Shown here piece after piece: positions 38,225-50,630 of a stretch of 64,000 nt of DNA. This stretch comes from Octopus vulgaris (taxonomy: Eukaryota). The notes under the pieces were generated by a model that ran no database searches, had not been told where the DNA came from, and saw only the letters and a program-made list of their open reading frames with translations. Numbering within the stretch: position 1 is the first letter of the stretch; the number at the start of each line of letters is the position of its first letter. The position numbers and the translations under genes are program-made. Location: contig OX597832.1 in the NCBI GenBank assembly GCA_951406725.2, positions 49,972,001-50,036,000 of the forward strand, written 5' to 3'.

Positions 38225-39850
38225 GTCTAGCATTCTAAAATACCAGCCCTTTTTTTTTTATTAGTTTGGTGTGGAAGGGGCTGTGCCATAACTTTCGTAG
38301 GACCCTTGAAACTGGTGAAGTTAGTGTCTCTCATAAATAGCTTCAAGAAAAACATCAGCAGGGAAGGCGTTCCAAGGGGATAACATTCTAGGATGGAAGG
38401 AATGGATGTTAGCATGCAACACTTTATGGATGAGGAAAGGAGAGACATCTGGAAGTAGCATGAAGTCAGTTAACACTGAAGAGCAGAGGCTATATTTGTA
38501 GCAGTAGAAGAAGCAGAGAGGAGATGATGCTTCTGTGAGCAAGAAGTCGGAGTGTGGTGATTAGTAATTACATACCAATCAGTTTCATGGCTTTTTAGGT
38601 TATTTGGATGTAGTGTAGGATGTCTGTAGTGTGTATGTCAGACCACCCCAGATGTAGGGACTATTCCACAATGGGCCTTATCTGAGCTTTGTAGAGAGTT
38701 ATAGTTGTTGGAAGAGGTAGGAAGGGCAGAGTATTTTCTGCATCTTTGGGATGCAGTCTTTGCATTTTATCAGGAGAGATCCTCCGGATGTGGGGGAAGA
38801 GGCTATGATATTTCTTAAGATGTGTAGTGAATGAGTCTTTATGCTGTTGAAGAAGAAAAGACTAACACAACAACATTGAAGGACATTTTGAGGTCTCTGA
38901 TCATGGAGGCACTATAAGTCTGGTGTGAGGTATCAAGGCTGTATAATGGAGATGCCCTGGTGTAGAAATAAGGGGAGGGGTGACGGATGGTCTTGGTATA
39001 GAAAAGAGTGTTAATGAAAATGATAGAAAGTAAGATGTTAATATTTATAGAAGAGGGTGGGGGATAAAATCAAACTATGGGATAGAGTTGATAGAGTGTT
39101 CAACCATAAAGCTCAGTGAACACAATATGATGGTGTGATCTAAGAGGATGCCACTGATCTAAGAAACAAGAGAAGGATAGAACCATAGGAGAAAAGAATT
39201 GCTTAGAGATTTGCATATTGGATTTAGTCAAAGACTTTGTGAGGGATCACTGGTGAATGATATAGGAGAATAAGTCTCCAGTAGATCTGATTTTGTGAAA
39301 TCCATAATGGCAGTCACAGAGGCACATGGCTTACTGGTTAGGGTGTTGGACCCATGATCGTAAGATTGTGGTTTCAATTCCTGGATTGGGTGATGTGTTG
39401 CATTCTTGAACAAAACATTTCATTTCTCATTGCACCAGTCTGCTCGGCTGGCAAAAATGAGTAATCCTGGAATGGACCAGCATCCCGTCCAGAGAAACTG
39501 AGTAACTGGCTCTATGCTCCTTACAGAGTAATGTGGACTAACCATAATGGCAGTCACTGAGGAGGGTGAGGTATTCAAGGTGTTGCAGAAGGTTGTTGTT
39601 AATGGCTGTCTCGGTCACCTTTAGACATGTTGGAAGTGAGTGTGATAAGATGATAATTGACAGAGTCAGAAAAGTTTTGTTCCTTGGGAATGGGACACAC
39701 TGTAGAGTGTTTGCATAGATTGGGGTATATCTCCAGATAGAGAGAAGGATTGAAGAGTTTTGTGAGGACAGAGATTAGCTAGGAGTACATTTTTTTGAGG
39801 GGACATTGTCAGAACTGGTGGCCTTGTTTCTTTGAAAGGCCTAGTTGGAG
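38225..39850 (-). mobile_element. Degenerate CR1/Jockey-like LINE reverse transcriptase region
   Basis: Frame-broken motifs on the minus strand: PIPK...NYHLITLTS, LYKAQIRPIVE..., FFYCY...CSS, SFHPRMLSPWNAFPADVF. A SINE is inserted at ~39320-39510. Confidence 0.7.
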
Positions 39851-39869
39851 GTTCAAACCTTCTAAGTTC

Positions 39870-40018
39870 TTTTTACAGAGCTTAGAAAAAAACTGAAGGA
39901 CCACAGCAATAAGATTGTGAGTATGAGAGGGGAATATGTTGAAGACAATCCTAGTTAACTGATGATCCTCATGTATTTTCTTTTACTCAAAAACAGGAAC
40001 TTTTCAGCACCCCATTGT
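39870..40018 (+). mobile_element. Mariner 3' end fragment
   Basis: ...KIVSMRGEYVE followed by TIR-like ggaacttttcagcacccc. Confidence 0.55.
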
Positions 40019-40161
40019 AGAACGTTCATGCGTGAGAAATAGAAGGAGGATTCTAAAAAGTTGGTAGAGATCCTTTTCATAAGAGATCAGACAAAAAGGA
40101 TCGGCTATTGTGTGGAAGTGCAGAAGACAGAAGAACTTATGAGCTGCATGCAATATGCATA

Positions 40162-40545
40162 CTCTCTTTACTCTTTTCAGTCATTTGACTGCGGCCATGC
40201 TGGAGCACTGCCTTTAGTCGAGCAAATCGACCCCGGGACTTATTCTTTGTAAGCCTAGTACTTATTCTATCGGTCTCTTTTGCCGAACTGCTAAGTTACG
40301 GGGACATGAACACACCAGCACAGGTTGCCAAGCGATTTTGGGGGGACAAACACACGTACATATATATATATACATATACACGACAGGCTTCTTTTAGTTT
40401 CCGTCTACCAAATCCACTCACAAGGCTTTGGTCGGCCCGAGGCTATAGTAGAAGACACTTGCCCAAAGTGCCACGCAGTGGGACTGAACCCGGAACCATT
40501 TGGTTGGTAAGCAAGCTACTTACCACACAGCCACTCTTGCGCCTA
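40162..40545 (-). mobile_element. SINE-A full-length
   Basis: Family match. Confidence 0.9.
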
Positions 40546-41781
40546 TAAGCATTCAGTGCATATTAGATGGAAGTCTTCAGTGTTTGGTAAAGCCAGATGG
40601 GTGATTTTCTCAAAGCGTTGGGGGTTGCATTTTTCGCATGAATTATTGCAGCACAGCCATTAGTGAAACACATGGGAAATATTATGAGATTTTGTTGTGT
40701 GTAGAATGTGGAGAGACATCCCAAAGAGGATAGTTTCGAGTCAATGATCTAGCTATCTCTGATAGGGTGGAAACGACATTGTTTCAAACTTGGGTATAAA
40801 GGTATTGTGTGAATAGCTGAATATTTCGTGCCCTTAGCCCTCACCCTGGGTCTGTGTGACCAGACTGACCCTTGAGTTACAAGAGCAGTTTATTTGATCG
40901 GATTCTATACGTTTACACCACCCACAAGACCTGGGTAGACTCAAAACTATGGTAGAAGACACATGCTCGTAGTGGGATCTAACCCACCCGAAACTTCATG
41001 ATTGCGAAGAGCACTCAACAATTCGGTCATGTGTGATGATTGAACACTGGAATACTGAATGTCAAAACCTACGCGGGCGATCCTTCGGTATAGGTACCGG
41101 CTTTGTTTACATTTCTGAAGATAACAGAAACCCTTTTCTCCCACCCTAACCCTCCATATATTGAAATGTATCCGGTACTTCCGGTACCTATACCGAAGTT
41201 ACACCCCAACACGAAGTGTGTGTGTGTGTGTGAGAGTGAGAGAGAGAGAAAAAAACGTATAGGCTATATATATACACACATACACAAGCACAATTTCAAG
41301 TTTCCCCATACTAGTCTCTAAAAAAAAACTGGTATTAGATGACCATAATAATATATGACGCAAGAATCAATAGTACTGTCCTGATGTTTTATCGATATGA
41401 TCAGTAATAAATCAACGAGAAATTGCAAATCTCAAGAATGACATCTTAAAAGAAAACAAAAGCTTATTCACTTCTCGATGGAATCGAAGAATGTTTTGGT
41501 TATAGAGCTTCCATAGGATTACTGATATTAAATCAAATCTTGAAATGAGTTGAAATTTGAAAAAAATAAACTGAAATAAAAAAAACTTTCTTTAAATTAA
41601 CGAATTTCACAAAGAATAAGAATTTATCGTGTTTGATACGGCATCACTTAACATCTTTGATGCTTGATGTTGGATAAGAATAAAAAGGAAATCTACAGAT
41701 TATTGAAGCAGATGTGTGAGTAAAGTATATTTACTATTGGAGGTAATTGAAATTTGGCTAGAAATTAAAATAGGTACATAC

Positions 41782-41860
41782 CCCCAGGTCAATTAAGCCA
41801 AATTTGTAGCCAAAATAAAAGACGTTCAACACAAACACGCGAAATGTGTTGTCGCTGGTA
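41782..41860 (-). other. Candidate non-coding first exon of CWC15 (5' boundary approximate)
   Basis: Minus-strand donor GG|GTATGT at 41781 just downstream of two ETS motifs, in CpG-retaining unique sequence. The link to CWC15 is inference. Confidence 0.4.
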
Positions 41861-41870
41861 TATAGTTTAG

Positions 41871-41892
41871 ACTTCCGGTTTATCCCTTCCGG
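41871..41892 (-). promoter_or_regulatory. Tandem ETS/GABP-type CCGGAAG(T) motifs, candidate housekeeping promoter
   Basis: ACTTCCGG at 41871-41878 and CTTCCGG at 41886-41892, same orientation, between two divergent genes. Confidence 0.5.
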
Positions 41893-42149
41893 TAAATATA
41901 TATCATTCAAAAAAGGTGATTTAGTTGCTAAAAACGAGACGAACTCGATAATAATTCATTGAATAAATATTGGGAAAAATAATAAGAGAAAATAAAAGAA
42001 TTTATCGTTTGGTAATTCAAATAATTAAAGTTAAGTTTAATACGAAACTTTCCAATGACTTCTTTCTTGTTGATGATAGTTATATAGCCGTCTCTCTCTT
42101 TCTCCCCCTCTCTTTATTTCTGTTGCATTCTTCTTTCTCTTCCCCCTCT

Positions 42150-42385
42150 CTCTTCTTTTATGTTACTTTCTACGCTGTATTTTCTCCCTCACTCTTTTTT
42201 ATGTTACTTTCTACGCTATTTTCTCCCTCTGTCTCTTTTATGTTACTTTCTACGCTGTATTTTCTCCCTCTGTCTCTTTTATGTTACTTTCTACGCTATT
42301 TTCTTCCTCTCTCTCTTTTATGTTACTTTCTACGCTGTATTTTCTCCCCCTCTGTCTCTCTCTCCTTTTATGTTGCTTTCTCCTC
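42150..42385. repeat. Minisatellite with alternating 41/39-bp units
   Basis: tgttactttctacgct starts at 42161, 42202, 42241, 42282 and 42321. Confidence 0.9.
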
Positions 42386-43754
42386 TCTATCTTTATATTG
42401 CTTACTACTTTCTACCTTCCTCCTCCTCCTCCATCTCTCTCTCGCTCTCATACTTATTCTTATGTTGCTTTCTCCTTGTCTCTTTTTTTTTCCTCTTTCT
42501 GTGTATTTGTCACTTTCTCTTCTTCACCTTACTCCCTCACCCTCTCTCTCTCTAGCATATACTATTTAAAATCCATCTATCTCTCTATCTATCTATCTCT
42601 TTCTCTATCACTGCCGTTCCTGCTATTATAGCAGTGATGCTGCGACGCGACACGCGTGAATGACGGGGCAACGAAGACTATAACTCTATTCTTTCTTTCT
42701 TGCCTTCCTTAATTCTATTCTATTTATATATATATCTACCTACCTATCCATCTAGATTATTTATCCTTCCACCAAAAACCCTCTTTTATTCTACTTAACA
42801 CCGTCCTTAGATTTATTTTTAATCAGCGACTTCTTCGTTCGTTCTCTCACACAGCTTTTCTCCAATATTTCTCCTTTATTTTATCGCCTTTCGTTTTAAT
42901 CAATAATTTAAAAAAAAAAGAAAAAGAAAAAGATAACTCATTTCTTTTTTAAACTTAGCAATCCGCTGACTTTCTTTTCTAAATCCTTCTTATTCTACTT
43001 CTCTTTCTCTTTATACAATATTTACTTATTTACTGATCAATCTCGCTAATATTGCTTCTTTCTCTCTCTCTCTTCATCATCTTCCCTTCTCTTTTTTTTA
43101 TTATCTTAAACACTGCTTCATTCCATTTCTACTGCTATCCTTTTTTTATTATTATTCTTCTTCTACAAAATCCCTTTCCTTTTCGCATTTCTTTTTTTAA
43201 ACCGCTGTTCATTTTTTTTCTTCTTTTAGTTCCCCAGTTCCTTCCTACATCATCTCTTCATATCCCTTCCATGTCTTTTCCCCTCTTTTCATCTTCTCAT
43301 CCTACCGCTGGGTTTTTTTTTCTCTTCCATTTATAAAGATTTTTTTTTTTGCAGTTTTATTATTTATCTTCCCCCCCTCATTCTCCCTTAATTCTTCTTT
43401 TGACCCTCCCCCCATCTCACTATCACTTCTCTTCTTAGTTCCCTTTCCTCCTCCTCCCGCTGACTTCCTTCCTCATCCTACTGCCATTCTTCTCTCTTTC
43501 TTCTTCTTCTTCTCCTTCTTTACTTTCTTCGTTTCTCGGTTTCCTCTTCCTCCTCTTATAATTCTTCCGATCTCCTTCCTCTGACTTTCTTGGTTCCTTT
43601 CTCCCCGTTTCTTGGTTCTCCCTCCTCCTCCGCTTCCGTCTCATCTTCCCTCCTACCTCTACTCTTTTTTTCCACTCACTCTCTTTTCTCTTTCGTTCTT
43701 TCTCCTCTGTTTCCTCCTCCTTCTCGTCCACCACCTTTGCGCCCTCCCTCCTAC

Positions 43755-44000
43755 TCTCCCTCTCATATTTCTGTTCTCTCTCTCTCTCTCTCCCTCTCAC
43801 TCCCCCTCTCATATTTCTGTTTTCTCTCTCTCCCACTCCCCCTCTCATATTTCTGTTTTCTCTCTCTCTCCCACTCTCCCTCTCTTATTTCTGTTCTCTC
43901 TCTCTCTCTCCCACTCCCCTCTCATAGTTCTGTTTTCTTTCTCTCTCTCTAAGTCCTACTCCCCCTCTCATATTTCTGTTTTCTGTTCTCTCTCTCTCGC
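43755..44000. repeat. CT-rich minisatellite (ctccctctcatatttctgtt(ct)n)
   Basis: About 6 variable-length copies. Confidence 0.85.
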
Positions 44001-44427
44001 TCCCCTTCCTCCTTCTCCAGCACTTCGTCCTATACCTTCCAAATTGTTGTTGTTGTTTTTTTTTTTTCTATCGGTGGGGGTAACTCCATGGACGTGGAGG
44101 CGGACGACGAAGACGACGTCGATTGATGCTTGGTGATGCTGCCTGGCTTGGCTGGTGGTGCCGACCCAACAACAACAACAAACAACAAAAACAACAACAA
44201 CAACAGCGCACACATGCACCGCACACATCACAACAGATCCTATACACACACACACATACATAACATAACTAAGTCAAACTGACAGACAAAACACACAACA
44301 CAACAAACACCAGTACACTTATTCTAAACTACCCTAATTAAAAAACAGTGCACTATTCATTTTATAATTAGTCTCATATATCATATATATACATATATAC
44401 ACACACATATATATATATACACACAAC

Positions 44428-44548
44428 ATGCCGTCTTCCACGGCCGTCCTATTAACTGCCCTATTGATTATGGCTTCTGAATGGCTTTACCTTGTGGATT
44501 CCCACCTTAGTCTGTATATGGATTCAGAGGAGACTTACAAACTGCTGG
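44428..44548 (+). CDS. RYK: First coding exon of RYK/Derailed-like Wnt receptor (signal peptide + start of WIF domain)
   Basis: MPSSTAVLLTALLIMASEWLYLVDS-HLSLYMDSEETYKLLG ending at a consensus donor G|GTAAGT (phase 1). Resembles the WIF start of RYK (SLYLSEDEVRRLIG) and Drosophila Derailed (HLNIFLNLHEVLRLIG) as recalled. Not in the ORF track. Confidence 0.85.
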
Positions 44549-45211
44549 GTAAGTAAGTACGTATATACGCATGCATGTATGTATGTATGTATAGAAGTTA
44601 GTATACAAGTGTGTGTATACAAATATCTACAAGCACCGCGTGTGTGTTTATGTTGTGTGTTTAAGAATGAAGTTTTGGGGGAAGCAAAACTCAATTAAAG
44701 AGAGAAAAAAAGCAATTAAAAGGTATTATTATTGTGATTTGTTGTTATTTTTAAGTGTTTATTATTCTCAGCTATTTCCTTGTTAAATCAAGCTTTTTCA
44801 CAGGTTCGATATTCTGTGTATGCCAAGTATGTATGGCATGGTATTTGTAATTGTGTATTTACTTATATATATATATATATATATATAAATGAAATGATGT
44901 GTGTATGTATATATGAGTGTGTATATGAGAGTGCGTTTGCTTGTTTCAATAACTGCTATGTATATATATATATACATGTATGTATGTATGTATATATGTG
45001 GATATACATGTATGTAGTGGATATACAAGTATGTGTATTTATATGTTTATATATAGGCTATACCCATATGTAGATATATATATATATATATATGAGTGTG
45101 TATATGTATGTACGTTTGCTTGTATCAATAACTGCTATGTATATATACATGTATGTATATATGTGGATATACAAGTATGTGTAGTTATATGTTTATATAT
45201 AGGCTATACCC

Positions 45212-45242
<31 letters not shown>

Positions 45243-45853
45243 ATAATGTGTGTATGTATATATGAGTGTGTATATGTATGTGCGTTTGCTTGAATGAATA
45301 ACTGTTATGTATATATACATGTATGTGTAGTTATATGTTTATATATAGGCTATACCCATATGTAGATATATATTGTACGTGTGTATGTATATATCTATAT
45401 ATTACCAAAATAGTTAAACGAAAAAAGCAGTGTTCGCTATGTAGCTTTCTTCAGAGGAAAATAAAAAACTTCATATTTTATACAAACATTATTTCTAAGT
45501 ACACACACACATACATACACACGTGTGTGTATCGATATCAAATCTTTCTGAGTATCGATAGAACACTCCTGGAAGTCGTTTCCTAAAAGGACACCAATAA
45601 TAATAATAATTTCCTTTCGGCGGGGATTATAATAATGCTAATGATTCCTTTTATTTGCCCACACGGATGACGGACGAAAGGGACAAACCTGCATTCTATG
45701 TCATCTCATTGCACTGTTTGTATATATATATATATTTATATCCACATGTACATTATTTTGTCATTTGGTGTGCGTATATTTCCTTATTCTTCATCTCCAC
45801 ATTATTCCTCACACACACACACACACACACACAGAGATATATATATATATATA

Positions 45854-45983
45854 CAGGGTGTCCCAAAAAATGTATACACACCTTAAATAATTGTAAATTT
45901 GTTATTCTTTGTAAGCCTAGTACTTATTCTATCGTTCTCTTTTGCCGAACCACTATGTGTATACATTTTTTGGGGACACCCTG
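45854..45983. mobile_element. Tc1/mariner-type MITE containing a SINE-A fragment
   Basis: TA|CAGGGTGTCCCAAAAAATGTATACACA ... TGTGTATACATTTTTTGGGGACACCCTG|TA; interior 45902-45955 matches SINE-A. Confidence 0.85.
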
Positions 45984-46839
45984 TATATATATATATATAT
46001 AAAAGCAAACCATTCTGAGCCCTCAAACATCAAAACACGAAAGAACGAAGTAGGAAGGAAGGAAGAAAAACCTATCTGTCCATCAAGAAATATATATATA
46101 TATAGAACTAAGGGTTGTTCGTTGTCCACGCATGCATACACACACACACACACTCATATACATGCACGCACTAAACCATTTAATATGTATATATATCTAG
46201 TCATTTATTTGCCTGTCTCCATATCTATTTAAGCCATCTGACTGCCCTTGTGTCTGTCTGTCTAGTTTTCCATGTGCCTCTCGCTATTTTTCAATATCTC
46301 TACGTACCGACGACACACACACGCAACACAATTGTGTTGTGGTTGACTCCATCCATGAGGTAAAAATACCAACGGCTATTAATTTTACATATTCGATATA
46401 TTTATATATATACACATATATATATATATTCATTTCGCGTGCTCGTGTTTGTGTGCGTCTATGTGTATCTGTATGAATAAATGCCATTTGAAGTTAGTAT
46501 ATTTGTCTCTTTGTATATATATATATATATATATACACCCATCCACTCTGCTCCACCCTTTTTGTACGAAATAACACCACTCTCCAGGCTGGAACTCACC
46601 CCACCACCATCACCACTGCATTCTTCCTATCGTTTTTCTCTAGTACACAAGCTTGAAAACTCTTTTATCTATAACAATTTCCATGGAATCTCCGAAAAGG
46701 TGAATCTGGCTGATCCTGACAACCTTATACACGCATGCTTGCATGCATGCACGCACTTGCTCAAGAATAAGTAAAGGCAGTCGCGACACACATTTGTGCA
46801 CGTGTGTGCACGCATACACATGACGTATGAACAAACTCA

Positions 46840-47100
46840 TTCATACATACACGATACACAACACACACACATTCACACAAATACACGGTACACAACACAC
46901 ACACATTCACAGAAATATACAGTACACAACACACAAACATTCACACAAATACACGATATACAACACACACACACATTCACAGAAATATACAGTACACAAC
47001 ACACACACATTCACACAAATGCACGGTACACAACACACACATTCACACAAATACACGGTACACAACATACACACATTCACACAAATACACAGTATACACG
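46840..47100. repeat. ~31-37-bp minisatellite (acaacacacacacattcacacaaatac...), about 7 copies
   Basis: Direct reading. Confidence 0.9.
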
Positions 47101-47904
47101 AGCATGCATGCACAAAATCCGCTATGGATAGAAACCTTACAAACAAAATAAAATATCGTAATTCAAAGAGAGTTAAACAATACATGGCGATAAATACTAA
47201 GGATTTCTTTTTATTATAAGTTTGAATAACGATGATTTATTAGGCCACACATATCGGTGGGGGAGAGGCATAATCGATGAGTAAGTTGACCTCAATTCTT
47301 GAATAATACTTTTATATCATCGAACTCCGAAGAATGAAAGACAAAGTTGACTCCCGTAGGATTCGAACACTCAAGGTAAAAGGGATGTTAATTAAATGCC
47401 AAAAGGCATTTTTGCTGATATATCGATTCATCGACCTTATTTTGATGATGGTGATGATAATGATTCTTTCGACTATAGGCACAAGACCTGGAATTTTGTC
47501 GGAGAGGAGTCTAAGGGATTGCATCGACCCCATTGCTCCTCTGGTACTTGTTTTGTTGACTCTGAAAGGATGAAAAGTAAAAGTCGACCACGACGGAATT
47601 TTTGAACTCGCTAACATTAAGACGCACTAAATGTTGCTAAGCATTTTATCCGGCGTGCCTGTGATTCTGCCAGTTCACTGCCTTAATGATAATTCTAATT
47701 TTGGTACAAAACCTGCACTTTTAATGGGAGGAGGTTAGTCAATTACTTCGGCTCCAGTGCTAAACTGGTACTTGCTTTATCGACCCCGAAAGGCGAAGTC
47801 GACCTCGGCGGAATTTGAACTCAGAACATAAAGTGCCTGCAAGTCAGTTTTTTTCCGACGCTCTAATGACTTCGCCCTCAATTATTATATTAATAATAAT
47901 AGCC

Positions 47905-48250
47905 CTTAGAGAGCGCAAACCGCCACTAAGGCAACACCAACGATTAGCCAGAGATTGATTTTTAAAATGAGAATATCTGAAATAAACTCGACTACTCTCA
48001 CAAATGAGAATACTAAAAGTGAACCTGATCGCTCTCAAAAATTAAGTAAAAATACCGGAAAAATAATCCAGAATCTTTGTCCGGTACCAGATCGATCCCA
48101 AAATCTAATCAGTTCATGCCAGTCCCAAGGCCAAACATCTCTGAAAGTTTCATCTGAATCCATCCAACGGTTCTTGAGGTATTTTGTCCATGGACAAACA
48201 AACAAATATGACTGAAAACAATACCTCCACCTTCACTAAGACAGAGGTAA
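47905..48250 (+). mobile_element. HINE/DINE-1-like element, more complete copy
   Basis: Homologous to 9523-9846; 3' hairpin atacctccaccttcactaagacagaggta. Confidence 0.55.
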
Positions 48251-49401
48251 CAATGTTGATGATGATGCTTTGAGGTTACAATTATACTTTGGCACAATGC
48301 CATGACCAATGTCAGTACGTTACTAGTACTAATACTATATTGATCTTAAATTATGAAGCGAAGTCGACCTCTCTGGGATTGTAACGCAACGTAAATACTG
48401 CAAGGTTTTCAGTCTAGCATTCTATTAATTCTCTTTTCATATAGCTCAAACTTCTCGTAAGAGCAGCTAAATATCCTCAAATTGTACACCCCCACTATAT
48501 AAAATAAATAAAAGTATGCATTTGCTTAAATAGTCCTCAATATCCCTAAAAAAAACAAGATGGAATGCTTGATTGAAGTTGATTTGGGATCTAAACAGCA
48601 ACTACAATTGCACATTTTCAGAGCCAACAAGAGAACCTTTTGGTCATCACTTGACTTTATAGAAAAAAACACTTAAATCCCCTCATCCTACCTTCAAATT
48701 ACATCTTACCCCTTTTGAAAATGGGGAGAACATGGAAGATAATTTTGTCATAGATACACAATACCCAAGCACAACAAGATGACCATAGCTAGAGCAATTT
48801 TGATCACACATCTGCTCAGTCTGGGTTGAGCTGAGGGCTGTCCAAAGAATGGCCATTCATCTGAATGGCATGAAGTCACTCTCTCTCTTTCTTTACTACT
48901 GCCTCTACAGTACTCTGCAAGCTTGTGTCACCTCCAGCCAAGCATTCCCAACTCACTCAAATCTACTCCTCATATCCTGTCATATTGTGTCCACCTTCAG
49001 ATCCTTTACTAATCACTATGTGCCCAATCCTTCTCCAGAATGTCGATCCCACCAGAAGCCCCCCACCCTGGTTGCATGTATTGTTTTGTAGTCATCACCA
49101 TGATCATCGTGACCGACCAGGCTATCAGATGTTGCTACACATCGCTGGTCACAATGTGCTTCACATTGTTTTAGCCTTTAAATGACGCCACCCCGCTGGC
49201 TAAGTGGGCAGGCCAACAGAAGAAAGAGTGAGAGAATGTTGTGGCGAAAGAGTACATCAGGGATCGCCACCACCCCCTGCCAGAGCCTCTTGGAGCTTTA
49301 GGTGTTTTCGGTCAATAAACACTCACAATGCCCAGTCTGGGAATCAAAACTACAATCCTACGACCTCGAGTCTGCTGCCCTAACCACTGGGCCATTGTGC
49401 C

Positions 49402-49443
<42 letters not shown>

Positions 49444-50227
49444 ATGTGTAGAAAATATGTATGCGAGGGAGATTACAGCTAGCTAAAATCCCTAAAGGTA
49501 TCTATGCTCAGCATGTATCTATATCTCTCTCCCAGATAGTATGCAAAATTGATATGCCTGAACTTCTCGCTCTGCCTCAAACCATCCCAGGTAGGCAAAT
49601 TATGTACTTAATGCCATACACAAAAATGGATTGAAATTTGTCTCTAGTAGGAAATCTGAAAAATACCTACTGGCAGTTTGCTTGCAACTCTCACAAAAAA
49701 AAAAAAAGGTAAGATACGTTCAAGAAATTAGGAATACGTTTCAGAGAAAATTTATATTTCCTGTTTATTTACCATACCCTGTATCCATCCATCAATTCTA
49801 CTCAGTTTTTACAGTTGTTGGATACATCCACCCCTCCCTCATTCCTCCTCCCCATCTCTCTTGTTCCATATACTCTTGCAGACCAACACCCATCCCTCCA
49901 TACTCCTTGTTCCTCTGTTCGCTCTACTCACCTCATACCTTGAAGGGACACCTGGACACCTCATCATTTGTACTTATTTTTTCTGCAGTTCCTCTTGATA
50001 TTTCTCAACCTCTCTTCTAAATGTAGAGAAGCTACAAGAGCAGGCTCTTGTGGCTTGTCTGTAACAAGAGACAGCTCCCCCCCCCACACTTCTCTCTGCT
50101 TTTTCCCCTCTTGTCTCCTAGCATAAAGTTGACACCTTCCCCTATACTTGAGTATTTGTAGTTGTAAAAGCTGCATGGCAATTTCATTAGTGTTGAGAGC
50201 AAAAGAAAAAAAAAAAACGAATACACT

Positions 50228-50630
50228 CTCTCTTTTACTCTTTTACTTGTTTGTCATTTGACTGCGGCCATGCTGGAGCACCGCCTTTAGTCGAGCAAAT
50301 TGACCCCGGGACTTATTCTTTGTAAGCCTAGTACTTATTCTATCGGTCTCTTTTGCTGAACTGCTAGGTGACGGGGACATAAACACACCAGCATCGGTTG
50401 TCAAGCAATGCTAGGGGGACAAACACAGACACTCAAACATACACACACATACATATATATATATACATATATACGACAGGCTTCTTTCAGTTTCCGTCCA
50501 CCAAATCCACTCACAAGGCATTGGTCGGTCCGAGGCTATAGCAGAAGACACTTGCCCATGATGCCACGCAGTGGGACTGAACCCGGAACTATGTGGTTGG
50601 TAAGCAAGCTACTTAGCACACAGCCACTCC
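50228..50630 (-). mobile_element. SINE-A full-length
   Basis: Family match; further minus copies at 51140-51492 and 54300-54654. Confidence 0.9.

Noticed and set aside
41970-43952. Leu/Phe/Ser-rich and Glu/Arg-rich ORFs
   Set aside because: Products of a polypyrimidine tract and minisatellites that lack stop codons.
44030-44224. Minus-strand ORF with an apparent signal peptide (MRCMCALLLLLFLLFVVVVGS...)
   Set aside because: The hydrophobic run derives from a (CAA)n microsatellite; it is antisense to the probable RYK 5'UTR and has only a weak donor.
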